Shown here in pieces: positions 9,451 through 20,515 of a stretch of DNA of 32,124 bases. The stretch comes from Thermoplasmatota archaeon. GTDB lineage: Archaea > Thermoplasmatota > E2 > DHVEG-1. Position numbers and translations under genes: made by a program. Within the stretch, counting starts at the first letter, position 1. Each line of letters opens with the position of its first letter. The stretch covers positions 1 through 32,124 of the forward strand of contig JALHTX010000140.1 in assembly GCA_022866015.1 (NCBI GenBank), in the 5' to 3' direction. The notes under the pieces are model-generated. The model was not told where the DNA came from and searched no databases. It worked only from the letters and a program-made list of their open reading frames with translations.

Positions 9451-9687
9451 ATGAAAAAAGTATGTTTTGTTTTAGATTTTGAAAACTTTGATGACGCAAG
9501 AGTTGTTTATAATTCACTCAACCCTGAGATAAAACATAAGATACCAAAAACAAAAATTAAAGTAAAACTTAAAGAAACTGTTTTAAAAATTGATATAGAG
9601 GCAAATGACATAAGTTCTCTTCGCGCTGCATGTAATTCTTATCTACGTTGGATTAACACAGCACTTAATGTTAAAAAAACAGTTTAA
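9451..9687 (+). CDS. pcc1: KEOPS complex subunit Pcc1-like protein
   Basis: C-terminal SSLRAACNSYLRWINTAL resembles the Pcc1/CTAG family helix. Size and superoperon position fit. Confidence 0.6.
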   Translation: MKKVCFVLDFENFDDARVVYNSLNPEIKHKIPKTKIKVKLKETVLKIDIEANDISSLRAACNSYLRWINTALNVKKTV

Positions 9688-10982
9688 ATCTCTATTGTTT
9701 CTGTTCTACCAGGACCAATTGATATAAGAGCTATTGGTATTTTTGTTTCTTTTTCAATGTATTTTACATATTTTTGTGCTTCAGCAGGTAAATCTGATAA
9801 AGAATCTGAATCAGGTTTTATTTGGTCCCATCCTCTGAATTCTTTGTAGATTGGCTTACATTTTTTAACATCTTCAATATTTGCTGGAAAATATTCTATT
9901 TCTTTGCTATCTAACTTGTATTTAGTACATATTTTCACGTTATCCAATCCATTAAGTACATCAAGTTTTGTTATTACAAGTTTAGTAATATCCGATATCA
10001 TACATGAGTGTTTTACAACTAGAAGGTCAAGCCATCCACAGCGTCTTGGTCTATTAGTTGTAGTACCATATTCATGACCATTTTTTTGGAGATGTTCACC
10101 AGTTTTGTCTAAAAGTTCTGTCGGTAAAGGACCCTCACCAACTCTTGTAGTATATGCTTTTACTATTCCTATTATTTCATCTATATTTCTAGGTCCAATA
10201 CCTGTACCAATACTACAACCACCAGCAATTGTATGTGAAGATGTTGTAAAAGGATATGTTCCAAAATCAACATCTAGCATTGTACCTTGTGCACCCTCTA
10301 AAAGAATGTTTTTACCAGATTTTATTGCTTTGTTTAATTCAATATGTGTTTGAGAAATGTATTGCTTTAGTTGACAACCAAAACCTAAATATTTTTCCAA
10401 AATTATTTTTTTATCTAGTTTTTCAGATATTTCATATGCCCTAAATATTCTTTCTTTTATAGGTATTATAACATCTAATTTTTTACTAAGAAGTTCTTTA
10501 TTTGTTAAATCTATTGCACGTATTCCATTTCTTGCGATTTTATCACTGTAACAAGGCCCTATTCCTCTACCTGTTGTACCTATTTTTTTATCACCAAGAA
10601 ATTTTTCTTCTGCTCCATCAAGTATTTTGTGATAAGGCATGATTATATTTGCTCTATCACTGATTAGAAGTTTCGGTTTTATTCCACGGTTTTTAAGATC
10701 ATTGATTTCTTTTATTAGTATTTCAGGGTCAATTACTACCCCATTTCCTATTACTCCTATTTTACCCTGTATAACTCCTGAAGGAGTCAAATGAAGTTTG
10801 TATACTTCTTCACATACCTTGATAGTATGCCCGGCATTATTACCGCCTTGGAAACGAACTACATAGTCAGCATCTTTAGAATAATAATCAACGACTTTTC
10901 CTTTACCTTCATCTCCCCATTGAGTCCCGATCACTAGGTTTACTGTCATCTTATTCCACTTACTTGGCATATTAAAAGACAT
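9684..10982 (-). CDS. purA: Adenylosuccinate synthetase (probable true start ATG 10949)
   Basis: GTQWGDEGKGK P-loop, GNNAGHT, TTGRGIGP, TTNRPRRCGW. Confidence 0.95.
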   Translation of the reverse strand: MSFNMPSKWNKMTVNLVIGTQWGDEGKGKVVDYYSKDADYVVRFQGGNNAGHTIKVCEEVYKLHLTPSGVIQGKIGVIGNGVVIDPEILIKEINDLKNRGIKPKLLISDRANIIMPYHKILDGAEEKFLGDKKIGTTGRGIGPCYSDKIARNGIRAIDLTNKELLSKKLDVIIPIKERIFRAYEISEKLDKKIILEKYLGFGCQLKQYISQTHIELNKAIKSGKNILLEGAQGTMLDVDFGTYPFTTSSHTIAGGCSIGTGIGPRNIDEIIGIVKAYTTRVGEGPLPTELLDKTGEHLQKNGHEYGTTTNRPRRCGWLDLLVVKHSCMISDITKLVITKLDVLNGLDNVKICTKYKLDSKEIEYFPANIEDVKKCKPIYKEFRGWDQIKPDSDSLSDLPAEAQKYVKYIEKETKIPIALISIGPGRTETIEI

Positions 10983-11056
10983 AAATAAAGATAATGTAAG
11001 AAAAAAAATAAACTAGACGAAGGTTTTATAAAACAAATTTATTATTGACCCGTTAA

Positions 11057-12208
11057 ATGTCTAATACATGGACTTGGAATCCCTTTGATAATACAACAAA
11101 CAATACTACAGATTTAGATATCGAATTGTTGAAAACAGAAGTAGGAAAAAATTTTCCTATATACGATGTAAAATACGGTAAAGATGCTGCTGCTTTTTTC
11201 TGTAGAATAGACGAAAACCTACTCGAAGAAAAATTTGATGCCCTTCGAAAATCGCTATCTGATAAGGGGTTCATCCCAATTCTTAGACATGAGCATGGGG
11301 AACATATAATATATATCACAAAAAAACAAAAAAGAAAAGAAAAGCCGATTTGGATAAATATTTTGTTGCTTGCTGCAACAATTGTTACTACCATTATTAC
11401 AGGATCTCTTCTTTCACTTAACCATTTGGATATCTGGAGTATGCAAAATCCTATGGATATCTTTAAATTTGAGAATTTATTAAATGGTGCAATATTTTTT
11501 TCATTACCTCTTATGAGCATACTAATTGTTCATGAAATGGGGCATTATTTTATATCTAAAAAACATGGCATTTCAACATCTTTACCATATTTTATACCAC
11601 TACCACCTGTTTTGGGTTTTAATATCGGAACTTTTGGAGCATTAATATCTAGTAGGGACCCCATGCCAAATAAAAAAGCATTGTTTGATGTAGGTATTGC
11701 AGGGCCACTAGCAGGTTTTCTTGTTGCAATTCCTGTAACAGTAATCGGTATCGTAACAGCAAAAATTATTCCAGTTGTACCATTTGAAAATCTTGCTGAA
11801 GGACAGGTTGTTTTTGGGAGTTCATTTCTAATTGATATACTGACAAAAATAATACATAATTTGCCACAAGGTTATACAATAGATTTTAACCCAATTTTAT
11901 TTGCGGGTTGGGTAGGCCTCTTAATTACATCGATAAATCTACTACCCGCCGGTCAACTTGATGGAGGGCATATATTTAGAGCAGTTCTTGGAAATAAGCA
12001 AAAATATGCTGGATGGATAGCAATTTTTATAATGATTTTAACAGGTTGGTGGTTTTTTGCATTAATTATAATATTTTTAATGGGGACGATGCATCCACCT
12101 CCATTAAACGATGAAACTGGAATCGACTACAAACGAAAACTATTATTTGTTTTAGCAATAGTTATACTAATATTATGTTTCATACCAACCCCTATATATG
12201 TCAAATAA
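11057..12208 (+). CDS. Site-2 protease family (M50) intramembrane metalloprotease
   Basis: HEMGHYF (HExxH) in a TM segment, NLLPAGQLDGGH second motif, multiple TM helices. Confidence 0.85.
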   Translation: MSNTWTWNPFDNTTNNTTDLDIELLKTEVGKNFPIYDVKYGKDAAAFFCRIDENLLEEKFDALRKSLSDKGFIPILRHEHGEHIIYITKKQKRKEKPIWINILLLAATIVTTIITGSLLSLNHLDIWSMQNPMDIFKFENLLNGAIFFSLPLMSILIVHEMGHYFISKKHGISTSLPYFIPLPPVLGFNIGTFGALISSRDPMPNKKALFDVGIAGPLAGFLVAIPVTVIGIVTAKIIPVVPFENLAEGQVVFGSSFLIDILTKIIHNLPQGYTIDFNPILFAGWVGLLITSINLLPAGQLDGGHIFRAVLGNKQKYAGWIAIFIMILTGWWFFALIIIFLMGTMHPPPLNDETGIDYKRKLLFVLAIVILILCFIPTPIYVK

Positions 12209-12266
12209 ACTTAGTTTCATCGCAATCATTTAATAGTCTTAAAATAATCAACCTATTAAACAAAAT

Positions 12267-12500
12267 GTGATTCATATGAAAACATATCTAACAATTACAT
12301 TTAACAGTGAGGGAAGCAGACCTTCAGAAATAAAAACACAATTAATGAATCTAGGTTTTAAAGCTGCAAAAGGAAGCTATGATTTTGTATATGAGTGGGA
12401 TCAAAAAGAGGTAACAATAGATGAACTAGTATGGTTTGCAGATAAGATACATACTGCTTTAAAGCATCATAATATATTATTTTCAATAGACACCATATAA
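12267..12500 (+). CDS. Hypothetical small protein
   Basis: ORF track only. No motif recognised. Confidence 0.4.
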   Translation: MIHMKTYLTITFNSEGSRPSEIKTQLMNLGFKAAKGSYDFVYEWDQKEVTIDELVWFADKIHTALKHHNILFSIDTI

Positions 12501-12510
12501 AAATATAACA

Positions 12511-13236
12511 TTATTTCTTGTTTTTCCTTATTTTTTGTTTACTTCCACTTAAAACACCCATAAATGTATGATATTCCCATTTAGATGGCATCGCTCTACC
12601 CATAAGTCGTCTAAACATTACTTTCGTATTTTCTTTTTTATGTTCAGGATAATCAATACTGTCTAAAAGCTCTGAAAAAAAACTAAAAAGTTTTTCTTTT
12701 TCAATGCGATCAAGTGTTCTTTTTTTATTGTCTTTTTTTCCTTTATTTACAAACAAAGAAAACAAAACAATTGTTACAGCATGTGAAAGATTCATAGAAG
12801 GATAAGCGCTACTAGTTGGTATGCGAATCATTATGTCACACATAGCAATTTCTTCGTTGAAAAGACCATAATCTTCACGACCAAAAATAAGACCTACTTT
12901 TCCATCTGTTTCAAAGATATTATTACAAAAATCAAATAAGTTCAAAGGAAGTCTAAGATGTCTTTTATCTGTTTTACTTTCAATTGAACTCGTCGCAACA
13001 AGAAAATCTAGATTCTTTATCGCTTCATCAAATGAAGGAAAAATCTTTGCATCATTTAATATATCTTGTGCATGCATAGCACGTGCAAAACAGTCACCAT
13101 CTAATTCACATGGATTTATCAGATATAAGTTTTTAAAATTAAAATTTGCCATAGATCGTGCTACAGCACCTATATTTCCACCATATTTAGGTTCAACTAA
13201 AACTATGTAAAACTCAGGAATACTATTCCACTCCAA
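12511..13236 (-). CDS. SpoU/TrmH-family RNA 2'-O-methyltransferase (TrmJ-like)
   Basis: YIVLVEPKYGGNIGAVARSMANF, LIFGREDYGL, IPTSSAYPSMNLSHAV (SPOUT knot motifs). Confidence 0.8.
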   Translation of the reverse strand: MEWNSIPEFYIVLVEPKYGGNIGAVARSMANFNFKNLYLINPCELDGDCFARAMHAQDILNDAKIFPSFDEAIKNLDFLVATSSIESKTDKRHLRLPLNLFDFCNNIFETDGKVGLIFGREDYGLFNEEIAMCDIMIRIPTSSAYPSMNLSHAVTIVLFSLFVNKGKKDNKKRTLDRIEKEKLFSFFSELLDSIDYPEHKKENTKVMFRRLMGRAMPSKWEYHTFMGVLSGSKQKIRKNKK

Positions 13237-13249
13237 GTTATTATAATAC

Positions 13250-13633
13250 TTATTTAATCTGTAATTCTTCTTCTTTTTCCCTTAACATTTTCTGGTATTT
13301 GGAAGGCAGGTGTTTTACCATTTGTTTAACTTCAACATGTTTTTTTAAGAATTCTGATCTTTTATTTGTTTCAAGTTCCTCAAGCACAAATTTACGAGTC
13401 TTAAGGTGGCTATATAGATAATAAACTCCTATTACAAAAATAATTAAACCTATTATCAATATGTATAGACTCCAGTTAAGGGCTTCATCTGAAAAATCAA
13501 GTATATTTTTTGTTATATCTTTAAACCACATGCCAGTTATACCTATTAATAAAACAATACATCCTAGTATTGTAAATATGATGCTTAAAATAAAAACATA
13601 TTCTCGTAAAAAGCCTGTTATCTTTCCACTCAT
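13250..13633 (-). CDS. Small two-TM membrane protein
   Basis: ORF track. Two hydrophobic helices followed by a charged tail. Confidence 0.45.
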   Translation of the reverse strand: MSGKITGFLREYVFILSIIFTILGCIVLLIGITGMWFKDITKNILDFSDEALNWSLYILIIGLIIFVIGVYYLYSHLKTRKFVLEELETNKRSEFLKKHVEVKQMVKHLPSKYQKMLREKEEELQIK

Positions 13634-13664
13634 ATCTTTTTTTCACCTCTCAATTTTATTTTTT

Positions 13665-15083
13665 TTAATATGATTTTGCATATCTCATCCAAGTCACCCC
13701 ATGTTTTTTACAAACAGGGCATAACTTGTCACATTTATTATTTTCAATTGGTTCAACTAACGTGTTACCCTCTAAAACATTTTCGATTTCTAAAGCACAA
13801 TCTTTATTACCGCACCATGGTAATTCAACGATACCTTTCAAATTTTTTGCTTTTTCAATATTTTCAACTCTATGTATATTTTCATTTAGAATTTTTTTAG
13901 CGTTATCAAAAAGAGTCTTAGCAATATCAGATAGTTCTGATTTAATCATAACAATAGATGAATTAATTAGTATTGATTTCTTTTCAGAGTTGTCTCTTCT
14001 AACAAGTACTATCTGTTTATTTTCTATATCACGCGGACCAATTTCTACTCTGATTGGTACTCCTTTAAGTTCCCACTCATAATATTTGTTACCCGGTGTT
14101 ATATCACGATTGTCTATGTAAACCCTGAAACCTTCATTTTTTAGTTGTTTTTCAAGTGATTTACACGCATCAGTAACAGTTTTTTCTTTTCCTTTGAAAA
14201 TAATTGGGATTATAACAATTTGAGTTGGTGCTACCGCTGGTGGCATTATAAGGCCTTTATTGTCACCATGAATACCTATAAGAGCACCTAATATCCTCTC
14301 GCTCATACCATATGTTGTTTGGTGACAAAAAGCATGGTCTCCTTTTTCTGTTTCATAACTTATTTCATATGGTTTTGCAAAGTTATCACGATACTGATGA
14401 ATAGAACCAAGTTGTAGGGTTCTTAAAGAAGGCATTAATACATCTATACTTATTGTATAATATGCTCCTGCAAATTTATCCCATTCAGGTCTTTTACAAA
14501 ATATAAATGGCAGACATAGTTTTTCAAATAGTCTTTTAGCAATTTCTTTATCTTCATGTATTTGTTTTTCAGCGTCTTCAAAGTCAATATGACATGTATG
14601 AGCTTCAAAGAAATGAATTTCGCGAACACGAATAAAAGCACGAGTCTGTTTAGTTTCGTATCTAAAAGTGTTAACAATTTGATAAGTCTTAAGAGGAAGA
14701 TCTGCGTGTGATCGTATCCAAAGTGAAAACATAGGATACATAGCAGTTTCACTAGTAGGTCTTAATAGCCAACGTTCCTCAAGCTTGTTAAGACCTGCAT
14801 GAGTAACCCAATAGACTTCACTACCAAACCCTTCAATATGTTCCTCTTCTTTTTTAAAAGAAGATTCAGGTATTAGTAATGGGAAACATAATTCCTGATG
14901 ATTGGTTTTTATCATTTCTTCTCTGATCATTTGATCCACATGACCCATAAGAGTCCAACCATATGGACGCCAGACATTCATACCTTTTATCGGATATCTT
15001 TTATCACATAAGTCTGCAAGTTCTACTATTTCATTATACCATTCGTTGAAATCATCTGTTTTTTTTACTTTTGTCTCCGGCAT
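13665..15083 (-). CDS. proS: Prolyl-tRNA synthetase, archaeal/eukaryotic type
   Basis: FNEWYNEIVELADL, RPTSET, TFRYE, GMSERILGALI, C-terminal Zn-binding domain ending WMRYAKSY. Confidence 0.95.
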   Translation of the reverse strand: MPETKVKKTDDFNEWYNEIVELADLCDKRYPIKGMNVWRPYGWTLMGHVDQMIREEMIKTNHQELCFPLLIPESSFKKEEEHIEGFGSEVYWVTHAGLNKLEERWLLRPTSETAMYPMFSLWIRSHADLPLKTYQIVNTFRYETKQTRAFIRVREIHFFEAHTCHIDFEDAEKQIHEDKEIAKRLFEKLCLPFIFCKRPEWDKFAGAYYTISIDVLMPSLRTLQLGSIHQYRDNFAKPYEISYETEKGDHAFCHQTTYGMSERILGALIGIHGDNKGLIMPPAVAPTQIVIIPIIFKGKEKTVTDACKSLEKQLKNEGFRVYIDNRDITPGNKYYEWELKGVPIRVEIGPRDIENKQIVLVRRDNSEKKSILINSSIVMIKSELSDIAKTLFDNAKKILNENIHRVENIEKAKNLKGIVELPWCGNKDCALEIENVLEGNTLVEPIENNKCDKLCPVCKKHGVTWMRYAKSY

Positions 15084-15150
15084 ATTTTTTTCAACCTACA
15101 AAACCAAAAAAGAAAAAATGCTATTAAATATAACGATAAAAAAAGAACGC

Positions 15151-15300
15151 TTAGACTCCACGTCCTTCTTTTGCTTTTACTCTTAACTCTTTTGATCGGC
15201 ATCTTCGACATCTTTCTGCCTTTGGTGCATTAATACAACCGCATTTCATACATACCTTTTTGTTTAGTGTACGTGCTTCTGCTTCAGGGAATCTTGCCAT
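15151..15300 (-). CDS. rpl40e: Ribosomal protein L40e, 49 aa
   Basis: Below the track cut-off. Hand translation: [49 protein letters not shown]. Confidence 0.85.
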   Translation of the reverse strand: MARFPEAEARTLNKKVCMKCGCINAPKAERCRRCRSKELRVKAKEGRGV

Positions 15301-15422
15301 ATATGATACCGCCTTTAACTTCTAGGGAATAAGGATTTATTATATAAAGATTAGTGCAACTTAAACAGAATAAAAAAAAAGTTTTTTAAAAATTATAGAA
15401 ATATACTTAACTATAAATAACT

Positions 15423-16010
15423 ATGAAGGGAAATGGCGAGCAAAAGGTGAAGGCTAGTACTATCTGTCCAAAGTGTAAAAGCGAGTTTATTTTAGAGTTA
15501 ACAGAAGATAAAAAGGTAAATGATGTAATCTGCCCAGAATGTCTAAATAAATTTAGTATTGACACTAAATGTGAATCTAAGGAATTAGACTGGCAAGAAT
15601 ATGGCGAACCACGTAAAACCATTCTTTCATGTATTAAACCACGTTCTAATAAACCATTAATCGCTGTCATATTACTTGTTTGTGTTTTTTTAATTGGAAT
15701 ATCAACTGCGGTTTCCTACGTTGTTTTTATTCAAACTACATCTTATGCCATTTCTTTTATGGATTTTTTTAAGGACAATATAAATGTTGCCCACTCCATC
15801 ATAATAGTTATTTTTTCAATTTTTGCGTTAATTGCTGTATTTGCTTGTATTAAACGTAAATATTTTGGTCTTGCAATTGTTGGCTCATTTATAGCAATTT
15901 TTTCGTTTGGTTTTTTCTTTATTGGCTCTATTCTTAGCATAATTGCTTTTGTAATAATTTATCGCTCAAGAGATGAGTTTGAAGATGAAAAGAAGGGAAA
16001 AATCTTCTAG
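15423..16010 (+). CDS. Membrane protein with N-terminal zinc ribbon
   Basis: CPKC...CPEC followed by about 4 TM helices. Confidence 0.5.
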   Translation: MKGNGEQKVKASTICPKCKSEFILELTEDKKVNDVICPECLNKFSIDTKCESKELDWQEYGEPRKTILSCIKPRSNKPLIAVILLVCVFLIGISTAVSYVVFIQTTSYAISFMDFFKDNINVAHSIIIVIFSIFALIAVFACIKRKYFGLAIVGSFIAIFSFGFFFIGSILSIIAFVIIYRSRDEFEDEKKGKIF

Positions 16011-16536
16011 AGTTACCATCATTATTAGTTTATTATTTTTATTATTTTTGATATGGATTTTATTGCAGTTTTTAGCACCAATAGCATTACCTTATCAAAG
16101 CGTTAGTGAACTAGATGGAACTACGATATTTATTGATAACCAAGAAAAAATTAATAATATGACTACACCGTGGGGTTCTATCTATGGTTGTGGTGATAGA
16201 CTTTGTCATCAAAAAGCAGATAGAAGTTTTTTTATAAATGGAAATGAAATGCCTTTTTGTACTCGTTGTACTGCTATATGGCTTGGCCTTGCAATAGGTT
16301 TAGGTTTTATGACTTTTTATAAAATAAATCTAGATGAAAAATTTATTATTCTAATATTTATAGGTTTGTTTCCAATCGGTATAGATGGCTTTGGCCAATT
16401 ATTTGGACTTTGGGAGAGTAATAATATAATAAGAGTAATAACAGGTGTTTTAACAGGATTTATATGTGGTCTAGCAATAGGTATTATTATCGACGAAGTT
16501 AGTGATATTTTTATAAGTAGGAAAAAAAACTATTAA
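15973..16536 (+). CDS. DUF2085-like membrane protein
   Basis: CHQKADRSFFINGNEMPFCTRCTAIWLG motif and TM helices. Start uncertain because it overlaps the upstream gene. Confidence 0.55.
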   Translation: MSLKMKRREKSSRVTIIISLLFLLFLIWILLQFLAPIALPYQSVSELDGTTIFIDNQEKINNMTTPWGSIYGCGDRLCHQKADRSFFINGNEMPFCTRCTAIWLGLAIGLGFMTFYKINLDEKFIILIFIGLFPIGIDGFGQLFGLWESNNIIRVITGVLTGFICGLAIGIIIDEVSDIFISRKKNY

Positions 16537-16617
16537 TTACATTAGTTTTTCAAAAAACGACATTTATTTATATAGTAAGAAGCTACTAAAACTAAAAAAT
16601 ATACAGGAGAGAAAGAA

Positions 16618-17313
16618 ATGGAAGATTTAAAAAACGCTAAGATTTTAGGTGGCTTAGGTGCATTATTAATGCTCGTTGGATGGATTATTCCTACAGCAGG
16701 TTTTTTAATTGTCCTTGTTGGACTGATTCTGCTCTTTATTGGGGTAAAATATATTGCTGATGAGACCAAAGATAATACAATATTTAGAAACTATCTGTAT
16801 TTTTTCATTTGTACGTTTATTGCTATCGTTGCAGTTTGTGCTATTTTATTCGTTACACTCGCATCAGTAGGCGGAATTGCGTACTTTACTTCATTTCAAG
16901 ACATGGACATGACGGATCCTATGGCAGTTTTTAATTATTTATCACCGTTTTTAGTAGGTTGTGCAGCAGCTTTTCTCATAGGATGGATTTTTTTAATAAT
17001 CGGTGCTTTTTATCTGAAAAAAAGTTATAATAGTATCACCGAACATACAAAAGTAGGATTATTCAAAACAACTGGTCTTGTCTATCTTATTGGAGCTTTC
17101 ACCTTGATTATCGGTATCGGAGTAATTATTATAATAATTGCAAAAATAATGGAGATCATCTCATTCTTTACTCTTCCAGATGTATTACCAACTGGTGCAC
17201 CTGGAACTATAGGTCAACAACCTGGAAGAATTTGTCCAAATTGTGGAAGACCCATTCCAATGGATTCACAAGTATGCCCATACTGTGGTAAAGATTTCAG
17301 ACCACCAATATAA
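16618..17313 (+). CDS. Polytopic membrane protein (DUF996-like) with C-terminal zinc ribbon
   Basis: Several TM helices, then ICPNCGRPIPMDSQVCPYCG. Confidence 0.5.
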   Translation: MEDLKNAKILGGLGALLMLVGWIIPTAGFLIVLVGLILLFIGVKYIADETKDNTIFRNYLYFFICTFIAIVAVCAILFVTLASVGGIAYFTSFQDMDMTDPMAVFNYLSPFLVGCAAAFLIGWIFLIIGAFYLKKSYNSITEHTKVGLFKTTGLVYLIGAFTLIIGIGVIIIIIAKIMEIISFFTLPDVLPTGAPGTIGQQPGRICPNCGRPIPMDSQVCPYCGKDFRPPI

Positions 17314-17397
17314 TAAAAAAAATAGTTGGAAAAGAATTATTTCTTTTCCTCTAAATTTTTCTTTTTTAATTACAATATTATAAGTATTAAGTAAGTT

Positions 17398-17838
17398 TTA
17401 ATGAAATTCTTTTCTAGATAAATATAGCAAAACTACAGCTATAACTGATAAGATTCCAGGAATTATTAAAGGCCATATTGTAAAAATACCAATAATTGCA
17501 CAAGTTAAACAGATACCCCATAATTTTTTTCTAAAACAAAGAATACCACCAAGTATTGGAAATATAGAAATAACCATTGCAATTGAAAGGCAGATATTCA
17601 TCAAACCAATTACATCGTCTAATGTAATATTAGGATCTATTTCTGTAAACTGAGATATATTAATAAATTGTCCAGGATTAGAGGAGAGGGTTGCATTAAG
17701 AAATATCAACATAATAATTGATAAAACTCCAGCAATGATTAATAAAACACCTGCAATAATTATTTTTGGACTAGTTTTATTTTCTTTAGCATATGGGTTT
17801 AGTTGTAAATCATTTTCAAGCATTTGATTTTCATTCAT
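17398..17838 (-). CDS. Membrane protein (about 4 TM)
   Basis: ORF track. Hydrophobic helices. Confidence 0.45.
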   Translation of the reverse strand: MNENQMLENDLQLNPYAKENKTSPKIIIAGVLLIIAGVLSIIMLIFLNATLSSNPGQFINISQFTEIDPNITLDDVIGLMNICLSIAMVISIFPILGGILCFRKKLWGICLTCAIIGIFTIWPLIIPGILSVIAVVLLYLSRKEFH

Positions 17839-17840
17839 AT

Positions 17841-18530
17841 TTACACCTTACTTTTTTTACTTCTTTTTCTTCTTTCAATCTGAATAATTATCAATGGTAA
17901 TACCTTTTTGATTACATAAAAAAAAGATAACAATCCATAAACAATTACCAAACAAACAAAAATAATCTGTATATTTAATGTATCAATATTTGAATATGAA
18001 ATCATTAAACCAAGTAACAGATTAAAAGGTAGCTGAAGTAAAATACTAGTAATTAAAAAACGAGTAAGTTTTCCTTGAAAAACACCAAAACCGATGTAGG
18101 CACCTGTTGCTCCATGAAATAATATTATTCCAACCGAGCCTATAGTGATAAAAGTTAAAATATAAATATTATTTGTCGAAATAGCTGCAGTTGCAATTAT
18201 CATAAAAGGAGTGAAAGAAGACCCAAATCCTAGGCCTAATGATAATCCATAAATTGGTGTTTCACTTTTTGTTTGGAATCTACGAAGGTTTAAAACAATT
18301 GTTTTGAATAATTGGTCAAAAAATGAAAGTACAATAATAAAAATTATTGATAAAGAAATAGTAAAAGACTGCACAAATGCTGCAATAAAACCCATTATGA
18401 TTCCTGCTATAAAAGTAAGAAACATGATTTTATCTTTATAATATCCTTCATATCCTTTAAGACTTATGTACATTATTATAAGGGCTGGTATAACACCAAG
18501 AAATAAGCTTGCTTGTGGTAATAAGTCCAT
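17841..18530 (-). CDS. Polytopic membrane protein (7-8 TM), function unknown
   Basis: ORF track. Adjacent to and co-oriented with 17398..17838 (3-nt gap). Confidence 0.5.
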   Translation of the reverse strand: MDLLPQASLFLGVIPALIIMYISLKGYEGYYKDKIMFLTFIAGIIMGFIAAFVQSFTISLSIIFIIVLSFFDQLFKTIVLNLRRFQTKSETPIYGLSLGLGFGSSFTPFMIIATAAISTNNIYILTFITIGSVGIILFHGATGAYIGFGVFQGKLTRFLITSILLQLPFNLLLGLMISYSNIDTLNIQIIFVCLVIVYGLLSFFYVIKKVLPLIIIQIERRKRSKKSKV

Positions 18531-18576
18531 TTTAATTCTCTAGTGAAATACAGAAGTATATATTAAAGATAATTGA

Positions 18577-19278
<702 letters not shown>

Positions 19279-19349
19279 AAAAAATTATTCTATTTTTTAA
19301 AATTATAATAAAACTAATAATGTTAATATGTAAATCGATTGAGATAAAA

Positions 19350-19505
19350 TTATTTTCTAAGTTTTCTAATTGTAAATTCTCCTTTTACTGTAGGTATTAT
19401 CTCTATCTCATCTCCATCATTTATATCATGGGCTTTTGCTAATTGACTAGGTATTGTAACCACCAGACTACTACCTACAATTCGGGCTTTTCTTGTTAGA
19501 GGCAT
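19350..19505 (-). CDS. AbrB/SpoVT-family DNA-binding protein, 51 aa (antitoxin-like, no partner)
   Basis: Below the track cut-off. Hand translation: MPLTRKARIVGSSLVVTIPSQLAKAHDINDGDEIEIIPTVKGEFTIRKLRK (swapped-hairpin motif). Confidence 0.6.
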   Translation of the reverse strand: MPLTRKARIVGSSLVVTIPSQLAKAHDINDGDEIEIIPTVKGEFTIRKLRK

Positions 19506-19697
19506 ATCCCATCAACCACAGAAAAAAGTAATGTATACTTGAATATATATATGTTTTGATATTTTCAAATATCTCTAAATATAAACCCTAAAAAATACAA
19601 AAAATGATAAGAAAACAAAACAGACAACAATAAATAAAAGACCAAAAAGTTATCAATACAAACCAGATATCCCATGACTTGGAACGAAGCATATATT

Positions 19698-20357
19698 ATG
19701 AAGATATTTATCGACACAGCAGATTTAAATGAAATAAAAGAAATAGCAAGTTGGGGAATACTAGATGGAGTAACAACTAACCCTACACTTGTTGCAAAAA
19801 CAGGTAAATCATTCAACGAAATAATAGATGAAATATTCAAACTAGTTGATGAACCAATAAGCCTAGAAGTATTAAGCGAAAACGCAGAAGACATGGTAAA
19901 AGAAGCAAAAGAACTTGTAAAAAAAGTCCAAGAAAAATACCAAAAAAACGTTGTAATAAAAATACCTATGAACTCCGAAGGACTAAAAGCAGTAAAAAAA
20001 CTTTCAAAAGAAAAAATAAGAACAAATGTAACCCTTATTTTTTCTGCAAACCAGGCACTCTTGGCTGCAAAAGCAGGAGCAACATATATAAGCCCATTTA
20101 TCGGAAGGCTTGATGATATTGGGCAAGACGGAATGCAAATAATAGAAGAAATAACAGAAATATTTTATAACTATGATATTAAAACAGAATTAATAGTTGC
20201 AAGTATACGCCACCCAATCCATGTAATTGACGCAGCAAGACTAGGCGCAGATATAGCAACAATACCACCAGAAGTAATTAGAAAAATGGTTAAACATTCA
20301 CTAACTGATAAAGGAATGCAAAGCTTTCTTTCAGATTGGAAAAAAGTAAAAAAATAG
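19698..20357 (+). CDS. tal: Transaldolase / fructose-6-phosphate aldolase family
   Basis: [15 protein letters not shown]...[21 protein letters not shown] 19698 preferred to the track start 19674. Confidence 0.9.
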   Translation: MKIFIDTADLNEIKEIASWGILDGVTTNPTLVAKTGKSFNEIIDEIFKLVDEPISLEVLSENAEDMVKEAKELVKKVQEKYQKNVVIKIPMNSEGLKAVKKLSKEKIRTNVTLIFSANQALLAAKAGATYISPFIGRLDDIGQDGMQIIEEITEIFYNYDIKTELIVASIRHPIHVIDAARLGADIATIPPEVIRKMVKHSLTDKGMQSFLSDWKKVKK

Positions 20358-20433
20358 AGTTTTATATTCTTTCTATTTTACCAAATATGAATTTTTTCTC
20401 CTGTTGATATAAAAATAAAAATCAGTGTAAACA

Positions 20434-20466
20434 AATTTAGTGTAGGGAAAGGGATTTAGACTTCAA
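20434..20466 (-). repeat. tRNA-3'-end-like repeat, copy A (degenerate)
   Basis: AATTTAGTGTAGGGAAAGGGATTTAGACTTCAA. 25 of 33 positions match copy B (hand count). Confidence 0.5.
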
Positions 20467-20515
20467 GTTAAAATCTCTTTTATAGCTTCTAATATCTTTT
20501 CATTTAGCAGATTTC

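Noticed and set aside
11053-11520. 155-aa minus-strand ORF
   Set aside because: It is antisense to the 5' part of the M50 protease gene and its upstream region. No motif. Shadow ORF.
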